Assembly: GCA_002633005.1 (NCBI GenBank)
Contig: NMRA01000008.1
Location: 143,279-207,278, forward strand
Direction: 5' to 3'
Origin: Phoronis australis
Lineage: Eukaryota; Animalia; Phoronida
DNA length: 64,000 nucleotides
A model generated the notes under the pieces. That model was given only the letters and a program-made list of their open reading frames with translations. It ran no database searches and was not told where the DNA came from. The first letter of the stretch is position 1, and each line of letters starts with the position of its first letter. The position numbers and the translations under genes were made by a program. This document shows, piece by piece, positions 1 to 12,439 of this stretch.

Positions 1-41
1 GTAAATTTGGAGGTGCAACTAAGTTGCATCTCCAAATTTAC
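1..41. repeat. Near-perfect 41-bp palindrome, probably part of a MITE cut by the window edge
   Basis: GTAAATTTGGAGGTGCAACT-A-AGTTGCATCTCCAAATTTAC, one mismatch. Confidence 0.7.
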
Positions 42-96
42 ATTGCGTACGATACTGGAACAAGGAAGGCCAGAGACTATCCCAGTGCCTACCCTC

Positions 97-126
97 TGAC
101 GTCACCACAGAAACAGAAACGGAAAC
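97..126. promoter_or_regulatory. CRE plus tandem ISRE-like motif
   Basis: TGACGTCA (97-104) followed by GAAACAGAAACGGAAAC (110-126), three GAAA half-sites at 6-bp spacing. Motif match only. Confidence 0.35.
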
Positions 127-1406
127 AGACGCAAACAACTAAACAATATAAAAAATCTTATTTTTCAAAAGATATTCACATTCATTGCTGTGAATGACCA
201 TGATTTCTCGAAACATTGCATGGTTTAAGCTTAAAATGATAAGCATCTATTTGGTGCTACTTATCATTTATGAACAAATTTGCTCGTTCGCTTTATAAAT
301 ATTGTGTCCAATATTGGTGAGATAAAACCTGAAGTGAATAAAAGGCAACATCAGGATCATGCAAAATACAATAAAACTGATCAGTTCTGTGCAGTTTTGA
401 CTTAATTAGAACTTGCACACTTTATCGACTTAATATTTTAAATCTGTTGATGAGGGCAATTCACTATGAGTGAGGAGAAATGTTTATGTGGGCATTGTAA
501 CCTACCTCAGTATTACAGACCACAGGTTTCACGTTCACGTCTTTGCCACGATCAGCAGCTCCAAAGTTTCTAAAGTCATGAAGATTGCATTGTCTCTCTA
601 CATCAAAGGAATAAATTCATGTAATATGCATATCATACAATGTCATTTTTATCTCTATCCATACAACCCTATGCACATTACAAAAATACATCAAGATTTT
701 CAACAAAGAATAAGACCAAATCCAAATACAAATTGCCAAATACAAGAATAACGAAGTCATACCTTATTGTGATGGAATGATTCTTTTAAGAAATTAAAAA
801 ATCTATAACTAGAAATACTTGAAAAAAGACACTTGTTTACCAGAAAACATGATAGTCTAGTTGCCATCCCAATAGCCCCCATAGTGAACCCTGTAGTGTT
901 GATTACTGTAAATTTTTTTTGTTGAAATATATTAAATATGATCAGGGGAACAAAATTAGCTTGCTTGAACTTAGCGCAACTTTGAGCATTTTTTGCAATT
1001 CAAGATGGCGGATTCCGCCATTTTGAATTTCGACCCACTTAAGTTTTTTCAACTTCATAACTAACAGGGTCATGTAATACATTGTTTATACCATTTTCTA
1101 GGATGGGGAGTCCATTTCTGGTGTTATTTGATTAATACGGGGTCATTTTCAACGTCAAAACGGAGGTCAAATGTCAAAACTGCCCAGCAGACTTCTGACA
1201 TTTAGTTTCTTATCTCATTATTTTTCATATTCTCTGTTAACCTCTTCAAGATTTTTTTTCAAAATGCTGACTATTACATACATGTACTATAGTGGGCCAA
1301 ACATTTTACTCACAAGTTTCATGAGGGTTGTATTGGCACAACAGAGAAAGCATATGGCATGGAAATGCTCATACGCTCAGCAGGTCAGTGCAGGTGCGTC
1401 CAGTAT

Positions 1407-2047
1407 GGTTACTGCCTATTACTCCAAACAACACTACTCCGAAAAACCTCTACACCGAAAAGAAAACACTACTCCGAAGAAACCCACGCCTCTTCCAAAT
1501 ATGAACACATTTGTTTCATTTTATAACACTAATACATACGCGCACCCCTATGGGGAGCTCAAATTCTTGGCAATGTGAACCTTTTACAAACAAAAAACAT
1601 AGGACTAAAAAAACGGGATATCACGTTCAGGGCTATGAATTGTGTATTCGCGCCTTTTTAGTGGATTTTTGTCTCGTTTTCTCGGACTTTTTGTTGTTTT
1701 GAGGCGGATCTTTTTCACCATTACGCTTAAATGAGCTCCCTGAGCCCCTCCCCTGGGTGCACGCATGTAAAATGATACTTTTTCTCTCAATCAAAGAAGA
1801 TAGGATACAAGAGGTATTAACTACAAAGACAGTAATAATGTAAAAAATAAATCATTGGACTTCATTGTCCAAATTTATTTTTTGTGAGGGTATTTTGTTA
1901 GTAAATAACAAGTTAATAAACCATTCATGAAACTTTGAGAAAATTTAGGAAGATAGAGTAAAAAAGTCGTATTAACGGTGTTTTTTTGTAGTGGACCTTC
2001 GGAGTAGCTGTTTTTTTTCGGAGTGGTGGGCCTTCGGAGTAGTAACC
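1407..2047. mobile_element. MITE nested in the Academ element, containing a smaller TA-flanked MITE (1535-1767)
   Basis: GGTTACT...AGTAACC ends with repeated subterminal CTACTCCGAA / TTCGGAGTAG motifs. Inner element CATACGCGCACCC...GGGTGCACGCATG is flanked by TA. Confidence 0.6.
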
Positions 2048-2099
2048 TGTTACACTCCAGTAGAGTCAACGCAAAGGCTAAGAACCGATGCACTGTAGG

Positions 2100-3920
2100 T
2101 ATACAATCTCATCACAGCCATGTTGTTACTCAATGTCTACTCAAATGGGACCAAGTCTTATGTAGAGCTGATGGTTCACCTGGAAATTGTCAATAACCTC
2201 CCACATCAGTAGATTGTCTTTGTAAGTCAACACTGTTGTCTCTCATGTTTCTGCCTTAGCTTCTTAATCCAACAATCCTGTCTCAAGGAGATGTTGATAT
2301 ATTTCTTCGTAGCAGGTCACCATAATTGTGTACGGTACCTGCGCTGGTGTAGCAGTTTTTAAAATAAACATGGAAATTCTTTTCGACTAGAATATGATAG
2401 CGCCTCCATGTACGTTAATTGTCTTAATTTTCACAATTTGCATGTAACTCCATTCGTAAATAACAATAAACAGCTAGGCGCAGTAACATCGACGTAAACC
2501 ACGACAAAAGTAATGTTTCTGGCAAGCAGTTTGACAGAGTTCTTTCGAAGTTTATATTGAAGATTGCTGTGTGTGGAGCACCTGTCCAATAGTCAAAAAA
2601 GTTCTACTCAAAGCTGCACACAGCTGTCAACACTTGGATGGCAAGACTGTAGTACCAGCTGACCAATTCGAAGAACAGAGATACTGTATACCAAACGAGT
2701 AAAAGGTTCTGGGATCATAAGAGGCATTTTAATGAGAGCCGAGCAATTAAAGGGACATGTGGATATAGAGTTTCAGTGGGTGTTCCCACCTTGATACTGC
2801 CACGGAGAACATAAGTAATGTGGAACGAAGGTTGTGAAGAGCAAATGTCATGTAGTGGCGTGACAGGAAAAAGACTTAAGTACAAGAAGGGAGGAGAGGA
2901 CCTGGATGAGGAAGACTAGAGAAAGATTGCGGAGGAGATATAGAGAAGCACAGACACTCGCTCACTGACCAGCAATCATATATCTATAACATCTGCAATC
3001 GCCGAGTAAATTCCAGAATGAGCTGGCCATTGGGCATGAGCAGAGCAGTCAGCTTTTTAGTTTTGGTTAGCAGTGAAGGTTACAAAGCGATTTAAGAAAA
3101 AGTCAAAATACTGGAGTTGCTGAAGAAGCCTGTACTGTCAAGGGAAGGCCATTGCGTTGAGACGCTGTTCAGTTGCCTGTTAGTCGTAAGACAGCAATGT
3201 AACATTGACATAGCTGATATCTTTCAGTATAGTATGAACTTATTGAGTCCACTCCCTACAGCCCAGATCGACAAATACGACAGCCTGAGGAAGGGTGACA
3301 AAGCCATTCTAGTTTGATCAAACCTCTTCGCGTTATGTCCCAAATCATTCTGCTCCGGAGGTGGTGTTGGTTGCTATTGCCCAACATTTGTACCTGGTCG
3401 TTTGGATTGTTTCCGGAACTACAAGAGATTCAGATAAAGCCTTGGCTCCCTGTCGTCCCGCTTGTGAAACAATTATTTGCTTTGAAAAATATGACCACAA
3501 AGATCTCTACACAAAGGACCATGAGAAAATAACATGAGGAAAAGTTGAGGAAGTCATGTTAACCCTTGATCCCAAACATCCCTTTTTGCCGCTAAAGTGT
3601 TCTAAATAACGCTATGTTAAACAACCTTATATGTGTATGAAGCTATTCCCTTCTATTCAACATTGAGCGGGTCAAGAAGAGCCACTGTGTAATTACTCAT
3701 GCTGAAGCAGACGTTGCATAGGTAAATGTTGAAAGTGGTGGAAGAAGGCACCCACACCATCAGAATCACTTGTGACAACACTGACGTCTCCAAGCTCTTG
3801 ATTTATGGGACATCTAAGATGACAGTTGGCACCAAGACTCAAATGGACTCAAATGGAGAAGTGGAGTGGTAGTATTTCGGACATAATGGAACATTTCAGA
3901 GATTTGACCTGAAAAAGTGC
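2100..3920 (+). pseudogene. Disrupted Academ transposase/XPG-like nuclease ORF
   Basis: Fragments across frames: EMLIYFFVAGHHNCVRYLRW (~2288-2347), HLDGKTVVPADQFEEQ, ETLFSCLLVVRQQCNIDIADIFQY..LSPLPTAQIDKYDSLRKGDKAILV (3117-3317), THAEADVA and IRITCDNTDVSKLL (XPG/PIN-like acidic motifs). Many stops and frameshifts. Confidence 0.8.
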
Positions 3921-6612
3921 CGCCAACATGAGAGGTCACAAGACGTGAGGGTAATGGACAAAGAAAAGTAAAGCTGCCAGACACGCCCATAACCCCTCTC
4001 TGAGTAGACACGTAGTTATCAAGTTGAACTTATCTCGGTCAGTGACTCTGGTCCACTGCCTTGAAGCTGTTCTCTACGAACACCGACGCAGGGGGGGTTG
4101 AAATTTTCTCGAGAACCAGTGAGTCCTCAATCCCCAGTAGAAGAACCGCCAGGCGGCTCTGCAAAGTCAGGAAATTTACTTTACAGTAAATTCCAGAAGT
4201 CATAGTTTATGAGTTTTCCTTGGATTAATAATAGTGCCCATCCTAGTCTACGTACACATTATGTGTAACCTGCACAGATTACGCGTAATCTATACACATA
4301 CCCCTATTCACTACGAGGAGGAAGTGTGGCTTAGTGTCCTTCCTTTACTCAAGGTTGTGTTTTCGAGTCGCACGGGCACACTGCTGGTCGCTCGAGTCAA
4401 GTCCCCAGATCCTCGGCTCTGTTTCAACTAATAAAACATAAAGATGGTCCAAGGTGCTCAGCGTGATGGGCCTTCCTGAGCGGCATGCGTAGGTCTGGTA
4501 CAAAAATATTTTAAACTAATTATTGAGATATTGGGAGGATATCTTATTCCAGTATTTAGCTATCCCTTACTCTTGATATAATGGAATCACAGAAATGATA
4601 ATTCCACATTTCCCATAAATTTAACATTTCGTCAGCTATAAGAGATGAATTTATCTGTACCAGTTCTATGTGACCTTTGACCTCTTATTTGACCTTGACT
4701 TTGACCTTGCATCCATTAAATGATATCAGAAATGTACTCTCCGTCCCAAAAAACATTGGAAACCATAAATTCCAGTATCCTACACGGTATCATGTTCAGA
4801 GTGTGGAAATTAGGCGAAATTCAAACATTGAATTATAAAAAATTCTCAAAGTTGCACAAAGTGCAACCAAGTTAATTTTATTTTCCTAACCACATACAAT
4901 AAATTTCCAACAGAAAACTTCACAGTAAACAGCATTGCAGGGTCAACTTTTTGGCAACTAGACTATGAGCAGTTTATCTGTTAAACACAGCTTGTATGAA
5001 TTAACACAGATATCATTCATGTTTTAAACTTAATATAGAAATACGAATTGGCCAGATAGAATTACTAATCAAAGGGTCATTTACAGTTCACTGACACCTA
5101 GAACACCTCTTATGAAATGGGTTAATCAACGCCACAAAATATGCATGAAATTTGGCCACAGAGAATGAGTAAGGCTGGAAGAACTGCCATGTATACAACA
5201 AGACCAGAGCTTTGAAATGCGCCCATGACTGCATCACAAACCAATGGTGTGCTTCTAGGGGTGGTAATTAGTATCATAAAAATGTTCCTTGAATGGAGCA
5301 AAATACGTTAAAGTGTCCAAAACTGGGAAGATGTCATCATCTCCAAAATAGAAAGCTATTCACTATTTCTATAATAGACCCACTGGATTGTCAAAGGTTG
5401 AAATTTCTCATGTGCCATTCCAAACTCATTCTTCTTGTTGAGAACCACCTATTCTCAGTTTTGGAACAAAACGACCCAAAATGACGATGACGTCAAAAAC
5501 ATTTGGTACTTTGCACGGTCTGCTATTCATTGCATGCATATTTGAGTTTTGTTAACTGAACCGCATTATCACCACCGGATCTGGAACTTGACCGTCTGTT
5601 TTATAGGGATATGGGTCAACGTCTGTATCTGGAACATCTCTAGGTTTGTAAAATAATCCTTAAAAGTCTTTTTTAAGGCCTTTTTGTGGCAGAAGGCATG
5701 ATTGTTCACCACAATATGTCAAATGCTCATGTCGATCCATAACGGAAGACAGAAAAGACACTGGCCGTCTAAGTTGCCATAATTACTCCTTCCCAAAACG
5801 CTAACGTCACACACTGACGCTGCCAAAGTAAAGAGTATGGAAGTTTTACGCTGGGGGTTATCATAGATATTGGATCAGCTAATGGAACTCCTTATAAGGA
5901 AATGAGATGAACTGAATTTCCATTGGCCGATAAAATGAGAAAGTCACCAAAGCAACAAAATGTATTTATATCGGTGAGAAATGAGAAATAAAAAAGTAAC
6001 TATCAATAAGACTGGAGTAAGGCAACCAAAATTTGGCCAAATTGATAAACGACAGAGAAAACAAAAAACTTCCGAATGGAGTGGTTCTTCATTTTGCCTT
6101 GAATCGTCAACTCCTCAATAAACTGAGAGCCAAGATAGCCAAGTATGTCCACGCTATTCCGAAAAATGAATCAGGCAAATGTCTGGACTAAAGTAAAATC
6201 AATCAGACATTTCGAAAATAAATCGGACCCAGTCCGATGACCGACGCTAAACAAAATCTCTGATACAATTGCTTCAATGACTTAAAAATGGTAAAACCAA
6301 ATATCTCGGGTACAACGCAACAATTTTAGGAAATATTTTACCACCCATTACAGGTGCCTTAAGACTACGTGTGTCTAAATCTAGTAAAAATCGACCAACC
6401 TCCATCTTGCCGCTAGATGGCTGGTGCTCATAATGTTTTATTGTTGTGATGGACTGTCCAGCTGTATCAGGACAGCAGGTCTTTCCGCTCAATTACTCCG
6501 TATTGCACTTTAATCTGATTGTAGTAAGATAAGAGCTGCAGAAGAATTAGGATGCTTGATATCATTTTTCAGACAAAATGAATTTCTCGTCTTCCTGCCA
6601 TAAAGACCAAGT

Positions 6613-6671
6613 TCAAGTGGAATTCAACATCTGAGTAGAAGTCGCATCAACTCGTGATGGGTCAGTACCAA
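6613..6671 (-). CDS. IRF: Candidate IRF post-DBD exon with early stop (VGTDPSRVDATSTQMLNST*)
   Basis: Follows an 82-nt intron with acceptor cttatcacag. Phase 1 compatible. TGA at 6615-6613. Confidence 0.4.
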
Positions 6672-6753
6672 CTGTGATAAGTAATTGACCATCGTGAAAA
6701 GGAAGTGCAATTTTGTCCCATATTTTTTTGGCATGTGTGTGTAGATTGAGTAC

Positions 6754-6934
6754 CTGATCTGGGTAGCAGTCTGTACACGCGAAACGGATTATTTTCGTCA
6801 TCCAAGCAGCTCTTTTCTTTCACTTCCTGAATGTCTGGAGCCTTGTTGAACGCGCAGCGCAGGCGAGTTTTCCACGTGGCCCAATTTGGAGTGTCGGTGC
6901 CCTCACGGAATTTGCCAGTATGAATTGCCCATTC
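6754..6934 (-). CDS. IRF: Interferon regulatory factor, DNA-binding domain exon B
   Basis: EWAIHTGKFREGTDTPNWATWKTRLRCAFNKAPDIQEVKEKSCLDDENNPFRVYRLLPRS. Acceptor tttatag, donor CAG|gtac. Phase 0 matches exon A. Confidence 0.95.
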
Positions 6935-9139
6935 CTATAAATGGAAGATAACTAAAAACATAATTACTGAAGTGATTATGGAATTATTCATTAATATTCT
7001 TATTTACTGAGACTATTAAGACATTTGATTGCTGAGAAAAAGTGATTTCAACCACTTTCATTCATGTGGACACAGTGGATTTTCTTCCAAAAGCCAAATT
7101 CTCACGAAGACAGTTGACACAGTTTTCCTTGAGATAAATACAGCCAAAAGGAGGTGGTTTTCAAAACTTTAAAATTAAAAAACCCCAACATTGCGGTGTT
7201 TTTGATAGGCCTTGTACATGAGCACTGAATGATTAGATTTTCATCAAGCAGTTTTAACGAAGTCAATGACGTCTCATCAAATGAAAACTTATTGCTCAGA
7301 GAGCTGCCACATTTGAGGACGATGCTGCGCCAAATACTGATCTATGGTTATTTAAAAGACAAAACCACACAATGAAATCCAAGACCAGATGGCACTGTAT
7401 GGTTTTGTAAGAAAAGATTCCAAATGTTAAATTCACGCTAAAATGGTTTTTATCCAGCACATTATGTTAACATCAAGACGATCTGCCTATTTCAACATCG
7501 TTTACTCACTAATAATCGATTCTAGTTATTTTACAGTGAAAATTATGTTTAATGCATTGTTTGCCATCCAGTGGATATTAGACGACGGTGGTTAAGTTTA
7601 ATGGGTGCCTACAGAGTGCGCACCGGTTACAGTCCATGGAAATCTTTCATCGACACACCAACTGAAGAAACTATATTTCAGTTGTTTTAGATTTTTTTTC
7701 TGTGAAATATTGCCACTCCGTACACAAGCACATGCATAGTCGCCTATATTCACAGTGCAATAACCACTCAAGAGCCAAGGTTAAATCCCGTTTGAAATGA
7801 TGGTCTTGCAATGTGTAGAGTGGCCTTCAAAGTAGTGATGTCAAATTTAAACAGACTACAACAACTGCCTTACCAAGCAGAGTTAGCCGCACCAGCAACA
7901 GTCTAGTTTAGTACATTACACAATGAAATTTTGATTAACGTTTTTGTGCATTCTGACTAACCTAGGGTAGGAAGATTCATGTTAGAAACATTCTGATCAA
8001 AATCTATGCCCAAAATGAAAGAGGGAAATTTTACAGAAGCTGCTAGTTTTTCAAACTAAAAGTATCTGGCCTAGGTGAGCAAATAAGCTATACGTCAAGA
8101 AATCTGTGATGCGTCATGTTCCCACTTTTGCCTGATGTTCTAGTGTGCAGTCACTCTTAAGTCCTACATTGGCTTCAAAATTAGTATTTCCTATTCTTAT
8201 CCCCTGGCAATATATATAATGTGTACACAACAAACAGGGAGTAGCTGACACCTGGTCTGATAAATGATCAAGAGTGAAACCCTGTATTCCATTGTTTGAC
8301 TCTTTTAACATGAAACTGAGAAAACAGATAAGACAAAAGTGGTCACTCACCTACATGTAACACCCTCTCATATGGCAATTTATTATAAACATTTTCATGT
8401 TCTAAAATTTCACACTTTGCACTTAAAGCAAAATGTGTTGCAAACCATGACAACGATGTTTTACTTTTATAAACTAATACTCTCTTGAACTTTTGTCTTT
8501 TAATGCACTCACGTATTACATGTGAGCGCATTATTTGAGAATCTTCAATTATGACATAATCTTTAGAATATTTGCTCTACGAATTTACATTATTGAAAGG
8601 TTAATTCAATATGGAAATTCATTTACTGCTCTCATCAAATCATACTTCTTACCATGACAAGATTCTAATTACAAGAACATCGATACCAACAGCGACTAAA
8701 AAAACACTTGGAAAATGGCGCATGTATGCATAGACTCAAAAAGCGTTTCATTTTGCTGTCACTGGCCAACCTTTAAGTTTCAAATTCGAAAACGATGCAT
8801 GTACGCATCGACTTGGTAATAGGAAAAGTATCCTATCATGAAATGTTGCGAGACAAATTTTACAGGAGTAAATGGCTTATTCCATTTTCACTTTTTAACC
8901 AGCCGAACAGGACGAAATGCAACTTGAAAAGACGGTGGCGTTGCATTAGCTCCCCTATAACTCACTTTGTCATTTTGTCCATATCTTGTGCTGATGTCCA
9001 TGATCAATATTAATTTTTAAAAAATGTGGTAAAGTTTTCCTGCTTCTTAAGAACAAAAATAGATTAGACATGTCTGATTACAGACTGATCTCTATCTCTT
9101 GTTCTTTATCCAAGATTTTAGAATGAAAAATGGGAAAAC

Positions 9140-9430
9140 ATTTAAAAAACGAATAGCCTCATTCATCGATTCCAGCTTGGCTTCAGGTTCTCATTTGCCA
9201 CACACACTTGTATGGATTACACGACTGACAGTATAAAACTATCACTGGATGCCAGTTTAAGCAGTGGCATGGTTTTAATGATATAAAAAGGCTTTTGAAA
9301 CTGTAGATCATTAATTATCAATTAATAAATTAGAATCTGTTGGTATCACACAGAATTCTGTTAAATGGTTTCGTTCTTATTTGTCCAGTAGATCCTAACT
9401 CGTCGACATTCCGGGCTGTGACTCTGGACT
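9140..9430 (+). mobile_element. LINE (L2/CR1-group) reverse transcriptase fragment
   Basis: FQLGFRFSFATHTCMDYTTDSIKLSLD..SGMVL..KAFETVDH..NKLESVGI..SVKWFRSYLSSR, with stops and a frameshift. Confidence 0.85.
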
Positions 9431-9941
9431 CATTATTTCTCTTGTACGTCAACTGCAAAGAAGCCTAGTTGGTTCTGGTTCAAGTTGGTGGTGTGGTAAT
9501 TTTTAGTTGCTCACTTTATAAAAAAAGAAGATCCACTTGAGATGAGAAAAAAAGATGCAGATTTTTTTTTCGTATTTTCACTAATCCCTGATATTTCAAA
9601 CCTTGCGCACCATACTTTTACATGTATTAGTGCAGTAGACCTTGACTGAAATTGATGCGGGCGGACTTTTTTCAGTTGGTGGGCGTTTGTAAGAAATTGA
9701 TAAGGTTTTGCGTGAACTTTGATCTCGCATAACGTAAAATTGCCGTGAGGACTTGACAGGGACCTCAGGGGTTTCACACTCCACTGATTTATCCACATTA
9801 TTTTGAAAACGCTTTGCCCAGTCGCACATTGTGTGTCATAAAAGAGATAAGCATACCAGCATCTGACGCAGCAAGTAGAACTACTCTCATTTATCACATT
9901 GGTGTAGACTCACAGTTGAACAATGGTTTTCTGTAGACCCC

Positions 9942-9983
9942 AGACCGTCCCGAGTTGCACCACATACCAACTCGGGACGGTCT
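9942..9983. repeat. Perfect 16-bp-stem hairpin
   Basis: AGACCGTCCCGAGTTG, 10-nt loop, CAACTCGGGACGGTCT. Confidence 0.85.
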
Positions 9984-10860
9984 CTCACGACGATTAAGCG
10001 TTATGGTGTCACCTTACAGGTTGATCGTAAGATGGTGAACACATGGCTCTTAATCATTCATCCAGAATGAAATTCAACTAGGTAAACGCCGTTACAGTTA
10101 AAACTAGAGAACACTAACATCAGCGGGTGGGCGTTGAGCTGAGCATAAATTTTTGAAAAGTCAGGGGGTCTGTTTCAAGAAAAGTGACTTAAGATTTATG
10201 TCCGGAATTTGGACATTTGCCCACCACAACTTTTTTTTGAAAAAGAATTAAATCTCATTAGAGCAAAAGAGTCAAGTGCATTAGAAAAACGCATAAGTGC
10301 TAGTTACTGAGGTAATTTTTGCTACGATTATTTAAAGTTATTTCCCAACTTCGATGTGCTCATAAAAGGACCATCCCAAATAGCAGTGATCGAGCATGGT
10401 GTTTTCATTGATCGTGTTTCTGAATGTCAGGCACATTTTCACAGGTCATGTTGGAAATGGTTCAGGTGTATGGTCATGGAAATATTCCCGATTTCAACCG
10501 TTTGAAAAGAAAAAAATGTGTAAAGAATACCACAAGAACAAAGAACTCCAATGATGCAAAAAACAATAGTGCCTGATAGATATTGCGGCATTGTGGGTAA
10601 ATACAGTGAGATTCGAGTGCCATTGTGTCCTCCGGAATAGCCCTATCACTTGGCAAAACCTTTATTCACCAATCGCTAAGTGGGAACGTAACACCAGTAG
10701 TGGGAACTTTTACCTGAACGGTCAAACAGGCCATTACCCAAGGAGCTACATATGCATGCAAGTTAAATTTCGAGTTGAAATCCACGCCAGACAGACAGGC
10801 TTTGGCATCAAGCTGAGCACGAGAATTCAAAATATGCAAGTCAGAGGCAATCTTAGAGTT

Positions 10861-11091
10861 CAGTGGCAGATCTACGTTTTCAGTAAGGGGGGGGTTAGGA
10901 TTCGAACGAATCCAAGGCGAGTAGCGCCGTGCAGAAGGAAGGTCGTGAGTTGATTCCCCCCTCCCGTGTAAAATTTTTTGCGGTTTTTAGTAGCTGATTT
11001 CGTTTCTCTGGCGAAATTTTTTTAGATTTTTTTATCCTTATCCCGAGGGGGGCATTTGAACCCCCTGAACCCCCCTGTAGATCCGCCTCTG
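10861..11091. mobile_element. Short MITE
   Basis: CAGTGGCAGATCTAC...GTAGATCCGCCTCTG inverted ends with G/C-run subterminal motifs. Confidence 0.6.
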
Positions 11092-11237
11092 GAGTTAAGC
11101 CAAAAGTGTTAATGAAGATGAATAAGGTAAATTGGCAGATTAGGCTTTGGCTAGGATAGTCATTTTGTCATGGGTGTGAGAGTTTTATCCCTTGAACACG
11201 TTGTCCCCTGGTTAGACCTCAGCACCCCATTACTCAC

Positions 11238-11404
11238 CTTAAACAGCAGGCAGTCCTGCTCACACCAGTTTTGCTTGCCAGCATGTTTCCACGGCATTCT
11301 GAACATAGTTTGTTCAGCGTCGATCCATTCCAAACCAGGGATTCTCCCCGAGTGAATTTTGCTCTCAAGCCATGGTCTCAGCCTCTGTCGACTCTCCGCA
11401 GAAA
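11238..11404 (-). CDS. IRF: Interferon regulatory factor, DNA-binding domain exon A
   Basis: SAESRQRLRPWLESKIHSGRIPGLEWIDAEQTMFRMPWKHAGKQNWCEQDCLLFK, with the IRF tryptophan repeat. Acceptor ttccag (phase 1), donor AAG|gtgagt. WKHAGKQ resembles IRF4/8/9. Confidence 0.95.
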
Positions 11405-11789
11405 CTGGAATTAGCAAGAATTTACAATTTAGCAGCTACATAATATCTGCATTAATTAAAGCAATCCTGTGTTCCACTCACGACATCACATGACTGCAAA
11501 CTAGGAAATTGACAAATTTTACTTTGAAATTCCAAATTTCTCATTTATTATACAAAACAAGTGCCGATTCAATTAGAATTTATGCTATGCAGTTACTATA
11601 CTCAAACCGAAAGTATAGTGGGTATAATTTAAAGGATGAACCAATTTCCGGCATTCGCGGGAAGTGTAGTTTTTCACAGGAAACGCATAGATTATAACCG
11701 ATTATTGTGGCAGTACTCAATTACAAGTTAGAGTACTCAAAAAGTCTAAGACTGGAAGGATTGACACTTGCCAATTATCAAGAGTAATG

Positions 11790-12017
11790 CATAGCATTGA
11801 AATGCACCCACAACCCATAATAATATATTGTCATCATGGAGCCGCATATAACTCCTTCTGCTCAACAATTGTATATTGCACTTTAATCTGACAGCATTGG
11901 GATGAGAGTTGCCTGAAGAATTAAGATGTTTGATTTCACTTTCCATCCCTTTTGTGGGCAGAAACAGAGGCAGTGATAATCGTTTGGCACCCGCGATGTG
12001 GAATGAGTATCCCAACT
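11790..12017 (-). pseudogene. Diverged duplicate of the sequence following the IRF DBD exons (copy of ~6430-6672)
   Basis: TATTGCACTTTAATCTGA..GAAGAATTA(A/G)GATG(T/C)TTGAT is shared between ~11873-11935 and ~6501-6560. Both copies have a cag|TTGG acceptor. Confidence 0.6.
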
Positions 12018-12125
12018 GACTGATCAACAAAATACAGGTCTGTCCTAATTAGTCTGACTGTGGCAAACCAATGTTTATGCAGCCCACCTCTCTTATTGTC
12101 TTCTTTCATCTGATGAGCTCACATA

Positions 12126-12383
12126 CTGTATTTGCTCTAATAAGCACCCAGGGCACTTAGAAAATTTCGCTTCAGGAAGGGGGGTTGCTTATTATAGCTC
12201 AAAGTGGTTGAAACCGGACTCCACGGCGAAATACTGACATAGCGGCGAGGTTCGTGGTCTGCAAATTCCGAAAATATTTTTCGCATGTACACGGCGTTCA
12301 TGGACTGAGCGCTTATTTTAGCAAAGTCCGAAACGGGTGGGGGGCGCTTATAGGGGCATGAGCGCTTATTAGGGTGAATACAG
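12126..12383. mobile_element. Internally deleted TA-flanked TIR element (Tc1/mariner/pogo-like MITE)
   Basis: TA|CTGTATTTGCTCTAATAAGC...GCTTATTAGGGTGAATACAG|TA. Shares both ends with 16388-17850. Confidence 0.8.
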
Positions 12384-12439
12384 TATTCCACCAACTGTAT
12401 TGTAAACAGTACGACTGATGCTAACCGATACTTAAAAAT

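Larger units (their letters stand above)
853..4965 (+). mobile_element. Academ-type DNA transposon, full length but decayed
   Basis: Termini TAGTCTAGTTGCCA (853) and TGGCAACTAGACTA (ending 4965), flanked by a TGA target-site duplication (850-852, 4966-4968). Imperfect inverted similarity continues for several hundred bp. Internal disrupted ORF carries Academ-like motifs. Confidence 0.85.

Noticed and set aside
5500-5900. IRF C-terminal (IAD) exons
   Set aside because: All minus-strand frames contain stops and I could not recognise IAD motifs.
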